Positions 13,166-25,773 of a stretch of DNA of 59,868 bases are shown here, piece after piece. Both the position numbers and the translations under genes were made by a program. Origin of the DNA: Gnetum montanum. Lineage: Eukaryota; Plantae; Gnetophyta. The stretch spans positions 1-59,868 of the forward strand of contig MNCI01002124.1 in assembly GCA_015680685.1 (NCBI GenBank). The letters are read 5' to 3'. A model generated the notes under the pieces. The model worked only from the letters and a program-made list of their open reading frames with translations, ran no database searches and was not told where the DNA came from. Within the stretch, counting starts at the first letter, position 1, and each line of letters opens with the position of its first letter.

Positions 13166-16100
13166 ATGTCTAGAATCCGAAGAATAAATTGGAAATAAAT
13201 GGAAGCCCTAGTCAATGACCAAATAAATACCCTTGAGGATGAAATTAATGAGATTAGGGATGTTCAAGAAGAACTTTAACACTCAAACCAAGGGTTCAAG
13301 ATAGAGATGCAAAATATGTCTAAAAAAAGTCAGAAATTGTCCCAAAATTTACAGGATAAATGGTTAGAAGTACAAGGAAAGATGGATTCCTTTTTAAACT
13401 CTATCAAGTAATTAACTAACCATATTATTCAACCTTCTAATCCTACCCACCATATACCTAGAGAACAACATCAAGATCAACCTCTCACTAGGAATCCATA
13501 ATAAATACAACCTCCACCTATTAGTCGATAGGATACTAAAATCCATATTGTAGATCGTAGAACTTAAACCAAAGGTGAAGGATATGGGAATTGGATTAAT
13601 CCACCTAGAGAATCATTGAAAGAAGTTCATGCTAATAAAGTAAAATTAGATCATTATGATGGATCCCTTGGATCTAGTGCTATGGTAAAGGATTGACTTG
13701 ATACAATGAAAACTTACTTCAATATGTTAAATTTATCAAGCAATGAACGTCTAGAAGTTATCTCCTTGTATTTAGGAGGACTTGCAACAACATGGTAGAA
13801 TGGACTGAGATATTAAGGTTTTATTACAAATTGGCTTAATTTTTGTTGAGATTTTAAATAGAAATTTGTTCTTGATTCTTTTCTCAAAGAGCATAAAATG
13901 CGATCTGATTCCTTAAGGTTTGGAAGATGATTCGTAGATGATTACTACAAGGAATATTGTGATCTTTCTCAGTATCTAAGTTATCCAGATGAGGGAGAAT
14001 TACCTTCAAAATGCATTGGAGGACTACATGCTCAATTACATCCCCAAACATGAGCTCATAATCCTCAAACTATTGATGAAGCATATATAATTACTAAGGA
14101 TTATGAGGAATTGAATCAGATACGAGTGACCCTTCAACAAAAAACTCTTTGAAGAACCACTTTTCCATAAGCAATGGTATAGGAGACACCACCAAAAAAA
14201 GCTTAATTAGGATCTGGATGTTTCTTTTGTGATGAATATCATTTTAAATGAGATTGCCAGAAATTTCAAGCAAAATTAAAGAGTAACCAAATCAAAAATA
14301 AGAAACCAAACCCAAACATGAACAAAGAAAAAATTTTAACCATTACCATAGTTGTTAAGAAGATATCTAATCAACTAAATTAGGTTTGGGTAAATTTTGA
14401 ATTGCTTACTAATTTTTGAAAGTTTAATTTTAGGTAAATAAATTAAATTTTTGATTGATAATGGTGCCAGTGATAACTTTATTTCTCCAAAGTTAATTAA
14501 TTTATTTAAATTAAGTTTACCTTTCAAGAAAATTATTAAGATAGAACCCATAGATGGAACAACTATGAGAAAATATACTAGGTATGGAGAAATTAACTTT
14601 ACCTTGCAGAACATGCCTTTCATTGAAGAATTTTTTAAATTTAAACTAGGCAATGTTGATGTCATTTCAGCAGTGGCTTTCTTGCAAAACTTTGATGTTA
14701 CTACCCACCTTGGAACTCGTATTTTAAAAGTTCCAACAACTGAAGGAGTTAGGATTCTATGGGAGGTAGGAGCAACAAAGAAAATTCATACAATAACTAT
14801 TAAGAAAACTAAAAGATTAGTAAAAAAAGGTGCTACAATATTTCTTGTTAAAGTAACCTAGCCTCAAAAATTTTCAAGTGTTGAGATCCTGAATGAACTT
14901 AAGGAATATAAAGATTCAATATTCGGTGAAACTAGAGAACTACCTCCAAAAAGAATTGTTGAACATGCCATTGATATTTAACTTGGTATAGAACCTATCT
15001 CAAAAGCTCTTTATAGATTTCCTACTTTGGAATTAACAGAATTAAAAGTACAATTAGACAAATTATTGGAAGAAGGGAAAATTAGATCTAGTCTATCACC
15101 TCATGATGTACTAGTTTTATTCATTAAAAAGAAAGATGCTACACTAAGATTATGCATCAATTATAGAGCATAAAATAAAGTGATGATTAAAAATACTTAT
15201 CCTTTACTGAGAATTGATGATTTATTTGATCAACTTATAGGTGCATGTTATTTCTTAAGTATTTTTTTAAAATTAGGTTATCACGAAATAAGGATTAACG
15301 AGAAAGATATTGAGAAATTGCTTTTAGAACTAGATATGGATTATACAAATTTTTTGGATGTTGTTTGGATTAACTAATGCACCTGCAACATTTATGGAAT
15401 TAATGAATAATATTTTTCATTAATATTTTGACTAATTTATTATAGTATTTATGGATGATATACTTGTTTATTCCAAATCAAGAGAAGCACATATCAAGCA
15501 TTTGAAAACCATAATGGAAATTCTTAAAAAACATCAAGTAAAAGATAAATTAAGTAAATTTGAATTCTTTAAGGAAGAATTTTCATACTTAGGGCATATA
15601 GTTTTCAAGAAATAATTGGAAGTAGACCCAACAAAAATTAGTGTTATCCGAGATTGGCTTGAATTAAAAGATGTTATAGTAGTTCGCAGTTTCTTAGGGT
15701 TAGCTAGTTTTTATTAATGTTTCATTAAATATTATTCTACCTTGGTAGGCCCATTAATTGACCTTTTGTAAGAGAAATGTGTGTTCAAATTTGATTAAAA
15801 ATTGAAGGAGTCGTTTCTTAGATTAAATATGCTACATACAACAACACCTATTTTGAGAATTTTGAATGAAGATCTACCCTTTGAAGTATCCATAGATGCT
15901 TGTGGAATAGGAATCAGTGTAGTTATTTCATAGGATGATAAAGTGGTATTTTATGAATCTTGTAAATTATGAGGAGCCAAGGTAAATTACTCAACCCATG
16001 ATTTAGAATTACTAGCAATTTTTCATGCTCTAGAAGTCTGGAGACTTATCTTTGCGAAAAAAGGTTTGTATTAAAAAAAATAATAAAAGTCTAGAATATT

Positions 16101-17670
16101 TACAAAGACAACATATTTTAAATACTCATCAAAGATGATGGATAGAATTATTGGTAGTATATGATTTTGAAATCAAATGTATTCCTTGTAAGAAAAATGT
16201 TGTAGTTGTTGCCTTTAGTCGAATGTGGAATTTAATGATAAGTGTAGTAACAACGCCTATTAAAGAAGAAATTAAGGAATAAATAAAATAAGACCAAATT
16301 ACTTCTATGATCCTTAATATCAACTTACTTCTAGTGGTTTATTGATGAAAGGACAAAGAGTATTCATACCAGAAGGAAATTGGAGACTCAGGTTGTTGTG
16401 TGAAGCATATGAAGTACTATACATGGGATACCTAGGTTATATTAAGACCTATATGATAATTCATAAATATTATTTTTATCCTAGAATGAATAATGATGTG
16501 TCTAAATAGATTAAAAATGATCCAATGTTTCAAAGAATAAAAGTTGAACAGAGGAAACCTAGTGGATTATTACAACCTCTGGAAGTTCCAACCTAGAATT
16601 GGAAAGATATCACTATGTATTTCATTGTGGGATTGCAAGTAATCAAAAATGGAAATGACTTGATTTTTGTAGAAGTTGATTTTTTATCAAATATGGCACA
16701 TTTTATAGCTTTGAAATCTACAAACACAGTAGAAGAAATAGTCTAAAAATTTGTATAAGAAATATTTTGATTACATGATTTTCCAAAATCTATTACTTTA
16801 GACAGAGATCCCAAGTTCACATCAAAATTCTAGAAAAATTTATTTAGAGAGCTTGAAACCTAATTGAAATTTAGCACAGCTTATCACTTGGAGACTGACG
16901 GACAAACTAAACATATGAATAAAATATTAGAAGATATTGTATCAAGCTATGTCAAGAGTAGACCAAAAATGTGGGAGAATTATTTACATTTGGAAGAATT
17001 TTCCTCTAATAACAATTATTAAGGTTCCATATATCGAAAACCATTCAAAGTAGTATATGGACATAATTTTCATACACCATTAACTTGGGTAGATCAAACC
17101 TTAAGAGTGGAATGGAAGGAAGAAGAAACGAAAATAATGGAAAACATTGTCATAAGGGTTAAACAAAACTTGCAAGCTATGCAAGATAAATATAAAGGAT
17201 ATGTAGATCAACATCGACTTAAGAAAAAGAATTCCAAGTAGGTGATCAAGCATTACTAAGAGTAAAACCTACTAGAAGTTCTCTTAAACTAGGAAAACAT
17301 ACTAAATTGGCACCTAGATTTTGTGGACCTTTTGAAATCTTCCAAAGAATTGACAAAGTAGAATATCAATTGAATCTTCCAAAAACCTTAAAAATTCATC
17401 CAATTTTTCATGTGAGTTTGCTAATGAAATTTCATGAAAATCATGTACCATATGTATTGGATTGAAATACTTTGCCATTACGATCCAACACTAGCTTTGA
17501 AATTAAACCCATTTCTATTAAGGGGAAACAAACAAAGATATTATGAAATAAAACTATTAGTGAAGTACTTGTTCAATGATCAAATTGTTATCAATAGACT
17601 TGGGAAAATAAGGAGTTTATTTTAAATACTTACCCCCAACTTTTTTATCATCATGATATTGAATGATAGG
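13166..17670 (+). pseudogene. gag-pol of E (Gag, zinc knuckle, PR, RT, RNase H, integrase, chromodomain), many stops
   Basis: CFFCDEYHFK*DC knuckle; FLIDNGASDNFISP protease; YPLLRIDDLFDQL, NAPATFM and FMDDILVYS RT motifs; DACGIGI RNase H; GLLQPLEVP, DRDPKFTS and TDGQT integrase; EVLVQ..TWE chromodomain-like tail. Confidence 0.92.
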
Positions 17671-17835
17671 TTGAATTTATTATGGATGTAATAAATTATT
17701 TTTATAATTTCTGATCTTTTATTTGTATAGATAATAATGAGGAAAATAAGGGAACTAAAGCTAAGGATCATAACAATGAAGTAGTTTTTGAGTAGTTAGA
17801 GATAGAGGAAGCACTTGAGGATGAGCTAGATGCTT

Positions 17836-17848
17836 AAGGGGGATAGAT
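17836..17848 (+). promoter_or_regulatory. Polypurine tract of E
   Basis: AAGGGGGATAGAT directly before the 3' LTR. Confidence 0.75.
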
Positions 17849-18345
17849 TATAATGTCCCATCCCTTATTAATGGTGGAAAAAATTTTAAATAATATAATT
17901 AGCCTTATAATGAAGGGAAAACTCATTATGAAAAGTTATGACTATTCATGTATCCTTTGGGAAAGGGTTTGGCCTATGCCATTTCAGGTCAGGCTTAGAG
18001 GTTGTGCTGGGCATGGAGTTGTAGAGCCTAGAGAGGCAAGTAAGGGGATCTGGGTGAAGTGGAACAAAAAGGGATTGATCACCCATTTAGCATGATAGCC
18101 TAACCATGGTGGTAGTTCTGGATTAAGTGGCATAGGAAGATAACCCAAAAGTATGTTACAATACTCTCTTCCATTAATATAATTTTTTCATTTTCTTTGC
18201 TTAATTCTTCAATACCAATTATTTGTTTCCCAATTAATTCATTATTTAAGTATTTATAATATATTTTTTATATTATCCACAAAAATGGTGAATGTAATAA
18301 ATTAAGCATTTATATTTTTACAACATCCAAGAACGGGATGTTACA
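17849..18345 (+). repeat. 3' LTR of E (~497 bp)
   Basis: Starts TATAATGTCCC (a deaminated TGTAACRTCCC) and ends GGGATGTTACA, giving inverted termini. Confidence 0.85.
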
Positions 18346-20010
18346 CTAATGATATCCTCTAATTCTCCTACTTCTTGAGTCTTTGGCCCATTAATTATAA
18401 ACCAGGCAATCAAGTGCATAGACCTAGGTAACAAGGTCTTCATGATGATTGTAGCCACCTCCTTAGACATGTGTGACCACATCATCATACTAAAGTTTAT
18501 GGAGAATATAGGAAAGAAAATCCCTTACCCCTGGGTCAAATCATGCTGACATCTTCTCCAATGCCAATTCAGTAGGAGATGTGTGATTTGTGGGTTGATC
18601 AAGATAGTAAAGAATGCCAACTAGCTCAACCACAATGAGCACTAGCTTTAGTAGGACCTTAGAAGGGGAAAGCATAAACAAAGAAAAAACATTAACACAA
18701 CATTTCAACACTTAGAATTTCTAAACAAATTTTACAAATCCTAGTCAGGGTGAAATTAGCCTCCATAGAAAGATCTAAGATGTTGGTTCAAATTTGATTA
18801 AGAAAATTCATAAGAAAATAAATATAGTATTAAAAAATTTCCTAGACTTGATATCATAGCCAAAATTATTCTAACCAAAACACTACAACTAGAATTATGT
18901 CTTAGTTCAAATCATGCATTAATTTAAAAGAAGCATCAAAACATAGAAAAAGTGGCCATAATAGAAAGAAATAAAAAACTTACTAAAAGTAGTAAAAATA
19001 TATTTTATTAAAAAAAAACTAAAAAAAAAATTATAATGTAATTTCTCATTTTTTAAGAAAAATCCCCAAGAGCATGGATGTTGACAATTTTAACTATGAC
19101 AACCACATCTATCCTCAAAGGGTTAAATTGCTACAACCAAAGTTAGACCAATTAACACAGCCTTATTATAAAATTCATAAAAAATGCATCTTAGCTTAGA
19201 TTTGAATGATTCCACCATGAAATGAACCTTGAAATCATGAACTTTCTAATCATGAATGTTGAAACCAAAACATGTAACCATTCTTACACAAAACACAGCT
19301 AGAAATAGAAAGTCCATAGTCATCACCATTAACCCCCATTTACATAGGGTTAGGAAAAATTCACCAAAAATTCATTCAAAATCCAAACAAAGAAATTCCA
19401 CTACCATTTGTAAGTTTGAATCAAGACCTACACATCCATAGTTAATATAAATTCAAATCTCTAGCTACATTTTCAAAAAGCATTCATTAATATTGATGAA
19501 AATCTAAAAAATGCCACAAACCCTAGTTGGGTAAGTACCAAACCAACTTCTACGCATCACAAAAAGCATCATAATAAGTGGGTAGGATTCCATTAGTATT
19601 TATTTTGATGAGTCTTTGGCCCTAGATCTAAGAAAAACATTCCCAACAAGAGACCTTTTTTAGAAAAAACCATCTAGGAAAGCAATCCTACTTTCAAAAA
19701 TCTTATCTACCAAGGTGAAAAGAGAAATATAACCCTAGATCCACATGAAAATTTCAAAAACATGATGTGGTATTTTAGTAAAAATTAATTTTATTAACTA
19801 CTCTTGACTAGATATGAGAAGAATGGTGTATCTTTATTTAGAAAAACACCAAAAATGGCTAGAACACCATAAAAAAGGCAAAGAATGATCTACCTTGGGA
19901 TGGATGAAGAGGTTCTTTGAATACAAAGAGCCTTGGGAAAGGTGGATATCTTTCTAGTATCCTTATTTGATGTCTTGATGTTGGAATTTTTGCTACATTT
20001 CTTCATCATG
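18346..20010 (-). pseudogene. Antisense accessory gene of A, 5' part
   Basis: Exon 18346-18657 (LIVVELVGILYY...) follows acceptor TTCTAAG and matches B 37537 and C 50950. A putative first exon at ~19894-20010 has donor AG|GTAGA; this is less certain. Confidence 0.65.
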
Positions 20011-21199
20011 AAGATCAATTTTTTAAGAAGGTTTGAAATTTGATGGGGTGGAAGCTTCAACATTGGCCAAGAGAAGAATTGAAGATTCAACATAGATAGC
20101 TAATGAATTCTACTACAAAAATTGATGCTAAATCTCTCCTAAAGTATGTTGGTTGATAGAATGATTATTTGTGATAGGTTTCCACAAGTTCTAATATTAA
20201 AAATCCAATAAACCTAATGTTTTCACTTCAAACCCCTAGTTGCTAATTTGCTATACAAGAACTTCACATACACTTAGGTTCAAAGGGGGAAAATATCCTC
20301 CATGCTAGGAGTGGAAAGGGAGAAATAGCAATTTCTTTTTTCTTTCATAAGTTTTTAATTTTTATGTTTATAACCCATGCATCCCACCCTACGCCCTCAC
20401 ACATGATATTTTTTGGGTTATTAACTATATCAACACTAGGGCTTAAAATCCTTCAACACATAGAATCATACCCAATTCTTAACATTAGTGCATCCACACT
20501 AGTGGTACTAAACATGGATACATGTTTTCCACCTCTTAAACCTAGTACTAAACATGGATGCATGTCTTCCACCTCTTAAACCATGAAAAAACTAACTTTC
20601 TTGCCATTTTTGTGGTTACATCTTACATCATACAACCTTAGGACTTGAAAGGATGTTAAAATTTTCTAAAAATAGTCATCTTGGGTTTCCACACTAGGCA
20701 CATTAAGCATTGAAAAAGGAGGGCTAACACCCATTCATATTCCCCACTACCCATCACACCAAGATCTAACCCCTAGAAGGGGTGCACAGATCCTAGAATC
20801 TATCTAATCATTTTCAGCAACCACTAAACCTTCAAAAACCTAGTTAAAAATGGTCAAAACCATTTGATTTGGTGGTTCCACACTAGGAGAGGCCTTGTCC
20901 ATGTTATGCACCTTGGCCTTAGCATGAATGGATGGAAGGTGATAAAAAATTCCATATATCAACCATCTAGTTACCATGTTTAACCTTTATACTCCTATAT
21001 AGCCTCTAATAACCTATTTTTTACATTTAAACAAGCCAATTTGCAACCTTGTATCTTACCCCACGTTGGTGAATCCCCCCTCCATTCTACCCAGTGTGGG
21101 GCCAATGTGGAGGCTTACTAGGGTATAACATAAAAATCCATTTTCCAACCTCTAGTGATCATAGTTTCTTGCACTAACAACCATGGTGGCCATTCATGA

Positions 21200-24100
21200 C
21201 CTCTAGTGGATGAAACGTTCCAAGGTCCTCCAACCTCTCTTACCTCCCAAGAATGTGGGGGGGGGGGGGGGGGNAGAGGGCGAGGGGAGATTAGCATGGA
21301 AACAAGGGGGTAATCATAAAAACTAATAAGCAAGACTTAACATTGACAAAGTTTGGTATTGGTTAATGCTTAGTAACATTGATAACCTCAGGAATGCACA
21401 TGCATGCCCAAACATAGTCAAATTTGGTCAATTTTCAACCCCTTGGAATATTCCTTGTTGACTTTTTCCTTNACATGGAAATAAGGAGTAAATATAAAAA
21501 CTAGTAAATAAGCCTTAAAATTAACAAATTATGATGTTGGATAATGCCTAGGAGAATCAGTAACCCTATTAATGGATATGTGTGCCCAAAACTAGTCAAA
21601 ATTGGTTAATTTTCAACCCCTTGGAATCTTTCTAGCTAGCTTACTTGCTTGGAAGGGGGGTGGCTCAACATGAAAATAAGGGGGCAACCATAAAAACCAA
21701 TAAATAACCCCTAAAATTAACAAATTTTGGTCTTGGGTAATGCCCAATAGCACTGGTAACCCGAAGAATGCATATGCATGCCCAAAATTGGTAAATTGTT
21801 AACCCCTTGGAATCTTCCTAGCTAACTTACCTCCTAGAGGCATGACTTAGCATGGAAACAAGGGGTAACCATAAAACTGAATACATAAGCCATGAAATTA
21901 ACTAGTTATGATCTTGGGTAATGCCCAGCAGCATTGGTAACACCAAGAATGTACTTGCATGCCCAAAACTAGTTAAAATAAGTCAATTTTCAATCACTTG
22001 GAATCTTCCTAGCTAGCTTACCTCCCTAGAGGGTGGGTGGCCTTAACATGGAAACAAGGGGTTTGTGATAAAAGCTAATAAATAAGTCCTAATACTAAAA
22101 AATTATTCTCTTAAGTAATTCCTAGCATCAATGGCAACCCTAAGAATGTACATGCATGCCCAAAATTGGTCAAAATTCATTAATTTTCAACCTTTTGAAG
22201 TCTTCCTAGCTAGCATACCCCCTAGAGGTGTGGGGCACGCAACATGGAAATAAGGGTGTAACCATAAAAACCAAGAAATAAGCCTTACAACTAACAAATT
22301 TTGATCTTGGGTAATGTCCAATAGCACCAATAATCCCAAGAATGCACCTACATGCCCAAAATTGGTTAAAATTGGTCAATTTTCAACCCCTTGTAATCTT
22401 CCTAGCTGGCTTACCCTCCTGGAATGGGGGTTTAGTGTGGAAATAAGGGAAAGACCTTAAAAATAAATAAATAATTCTTAAAATTAATAATTTTTTATCT
22501 TTGTTAATGCACAATAGCATCAATAACCCTAGGAATATATATGCATGCCCAAAATTAGTCAATTTTCAACCCCTTGGAATTGTCCATGTTGGCTTACACC
22601 TTGTAGGGGGGCTCAGTGTGGAAGGAATGAGGTAAGCTAAAGAACTAATTTAAAACCCTTAAAACTAACAAATTTTGATCTTGGGTAATTCCTAGCAACA
22701 TTTTTAACCCTAATAATGCACATGCATGTCCAAAACTGGTCAAAATTGATCAATTTTCAATCCCTTAGAATCTTCCATGCTAGCTTACCCCCTTGCAAGG
22801 AGGGATCAATGTGAAATTAAGGTTACCCCCTTAAAAACTAATTAAAAATCCTTAAAACTAAAAATTTTTAGTCTTGTGGAATGTCCAACTACACTAGAAA
22901 GTATAGGAATGCACATGCATGAAGAAAGTTAATCAAAATTTGTCAAAACCCAGCCCCTTGGAATTATCCACACTAATTTACTCCCTGTAAGGGGGGCTTA
23001 GCATGGAAAAAATGAGGTAACCCTAAAAACCTATAAAATAACCTTACAATTATCAAATTTTATTCTTGGGCAATGTCTAGCAGCATTAACAACCTTGGCA
23101 ATGCACATGCATGTTCAAAACTCATCAATATTTATCAAAAATCAACCCCTTGTGATCTTCCACAGTAGATTACTCCTTATAGGGGGGAATCAATGTGGAA
23201 GTAATGGATTAACCTTCAAAATCCATCAAATATCCTTAATATTAAAAATTTTTGATCTTTGATAATGCCTAGCAGCATTGGTAATCCTAAAAATTCACAT
23301 GCATGTGTAAAACTAGTCAAAATCTGTTAATTTTCAACCCCTTTAAATCCTCCACGCTAGCTTACCCCCATGTAGGGAGGCCTCATCATGGAAACAAGGG
23401 AATAACCTAAAAAACTAATTAAAAACCCTTGAAACTAACAAGTTTTAATCTTAAGAAATGTTTAGCTGCACCGGCAACCCCAAGAATGCACATGCATGTC
23501 CAAAGTTGATCAAAGTTTGTTAAAACCTAGTCCCTTGAACTCTGCCATGCAAGCTTACCCCTTTATAGGGGTCAATTTTTAAAAAGTATGGTAACCATAC
23601 AAACCTACAAAATAACATTAAAATTAACAATTTTTGGTCTTGGGCAATGTCTAGTCGCATTGGAAACCTCAACAATGCACATGCATGTCCAAAACTAATT
23701 AAATTTTATCAAAAATAAGTTCCTTTTGACCTTCCATGTTGACATACCCCCTGCAAAGGGGAATCAACATGGAATCAAGGGGTTAACCTTTAATATCCAT
23801 AAAAGAGCCTTAAAATTTACAAGTTTTGATCTTGGGTAATAGCCAACAACATCAATAACCCTAGGAATGCACATGCATGCATAAAACTGGTTAATTTTCA
23901 ACCCCTTGGAATCCGGCACACTGGCTTACCTCTTGGAAGGTGGGCTCAGCATGGAAACAAGGGGATAACCTCAAAAACTAATTAAAAAGCCTTGAAACTA
24001 ACAAGTTTGGTCTTGGGAAGTGTCTAGCTAGATCATCAAGCCTCAAAATGCACATGCACATCGAAAGTTGATCAAAATTTATCAAAACCCATCACCTTTG

Positions 24101-25115
24101 AATCTTTCACATAGGCTTACCCCCCTGAAAGGGAAGCTCAACATGAAAACAAGGGGATAATAATAAAATCACATAAAATAAATTTAAAATTAATAGATTT
24201 TGGTCTTGGTTAATCTCTAGTATAACCAACAACCCCAGTAATGCACATGCATATCCAAAACTGATCAAAATTTATCATACATCAATACCTTATGACCTTC
24301 CACACTGGCTTACCCCCTTGCATGGGGGACTTAGCATGGAAGCAATGGGGTAACCTTGAAAATCTATAAAAAAAATTAAAAATAACAAGTTTCAATATTT
24401 GGTAACACCTAGTAGCATTGGTAATCACAAGAATGCAGATGCATGTCCAAAACAGATCAAAATTGATTATTTTTTGATTCCTTGAAATACTCCACACTAG
24501 TTTACACCTTAGTAAAGGGGGCTCATAGTGAAAAGAAGGGGGTAACCTCAAAAACTAATTAAAAATACTTAAAACTAACAAGTTTTTCTTTTGGCAATGT
24601 CCAACTACACTAGCAACCTTGGGAATGCATGTGCATGACCCAAGCTAATCAAAATTTGACAAAACCTAGTCCCTTGGAATCTTCCACCCTAGCTTACCTA
24701 CTTGCAAGGGGGGATTTATGTGGAAACAAGGGGATAACCCTAAAAACCTATAAGATAACCTTAAAATTGATAATTTTTGATCTTGGGTAATGTCTAGAAG
24801 CACTGACAACCCCAATAGAGTACATGCATGCCTAAAATTGATCAAAATTTGTTAAAAATCAACTACTTCTAACCTTTCATGTTGGCTTACACCCTGTGCA
24901 AGGGGGGCGCAACATGGAAACAATGGGGTGACCTTGAAAATGCATCAAATAGCATTAAAATTAACACTTTTTGACCTTAAGTAATGCCTAGTTGCACCAG
25001 CAACCCCAGGAATTCACATGCATAGCAAAAAGTTACCAAAAATCATAAAAACTCAGCCCCTTATAAGCTTCCACACTAGCTTACTCCCTTGCAAGGGGGA
25101 CTTAGCATAGAAAAA
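21200..25115 (+). repeat. Satellite-like tandem array, ~20-21 monomers of 180-196 bp, inside element A
   Basis: The CATGGAAACAAGGGG landmark recurs at 21295, 21474, 21669, 21851, 22047, 22243 ... 24913 and 25106. AATGCACATGCATGCCCAAAA is conserved in each monomer. Confidence 0.95.
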
Positions 25116-25479
25116 AATGGATCTTATTGTATAAGCCTTAAAAATCTTGTATTCTAGGCCCAAATAGCCCAATAAAAAACTATAAGTAATGCCCAAACCC
25201 ATCTAACAACCTTGCAATCCTAAATCATGGCCTACAAAGGCCTAGAAATGGAAAAATTGAACCTCTTTTAACCTATATTAGCCATGTTTGACCATATGTA
25301 GAGCATGCTTTGCTTGATGTTTCAACTCGGTTTTGGCCTTATGTTGCATTTTGAACCCTAATAACTTTATTATAACCTTTATATAGCCTTATATTTTCTT
25401 TATCTATTTTACTTGCCTTATTTTAGCTTTTGATTAGTATCAAATAGTGGTTTTTGACCTTCCCTACCATTGTTTGGCA

Positions 25480-25545
25480 CCATGAGTCCATGCCCTACTA
25501 TAACCTTAAACTAGCATCATGGCCCACCAAGACTTAAAACTACCA
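25480..25545 (+). repeat. 29-bp repeat (~2 copies) just upstream of pol of A
   Basis: CCTTAAACTAGCATCATGGCCCACCAAGACTTAAAACTACC, the same unit as 5575-5800. Confidence 0.7.
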
Positions 25546-25773
25546 AAACCATGACCTTTTCTAATCAATTATAGCCTTATTTCCTATGTTTCCCTTTGTT
25601 TAACCTTTACTTGCCCTATATTACACTTTTTGTACTTTATTTTATCTTATTTATAGGCTTAGATGATCTTGTCTGGACTAGAATAGAACGTATTTACATG
25701 ATTTTATTGCATTTTAGAACTATTTATTAATTTTACCCAAACACCACTTAATATGCTTTTGGTTGACATGAAG

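Larger units (their letters stand above)
9388..18345 (+). mobile_element. Element E: chromovirus-type Ty3/gypsy retrotransposon (Tekay/Tcn1-like), degenerate, inserted in the accessory gene of A
   Basis: Paired LTR ends GGGATGTCACA (9560) and GGGATGTTACA (18345), Met PBS, gag-PR-RT-RH-INT-chromodomain, PPT. The accessory gene of A resumes on both sides. Confidence 0.9.

Noticed and set aside
20500-20582. ~40-bp tandem duplication (TACTAAACATGGAT...CCACCTCTTAAACC)
   Set aside because: Ordinary local duplication, not seen in B.
21200-25115. CRISPR-like array (palindromic repeats at regular spacing)
   Set aside because: Whole monomers are homologous, so there are no unique spacers. The context is eukaryotic TE with no cas genes.
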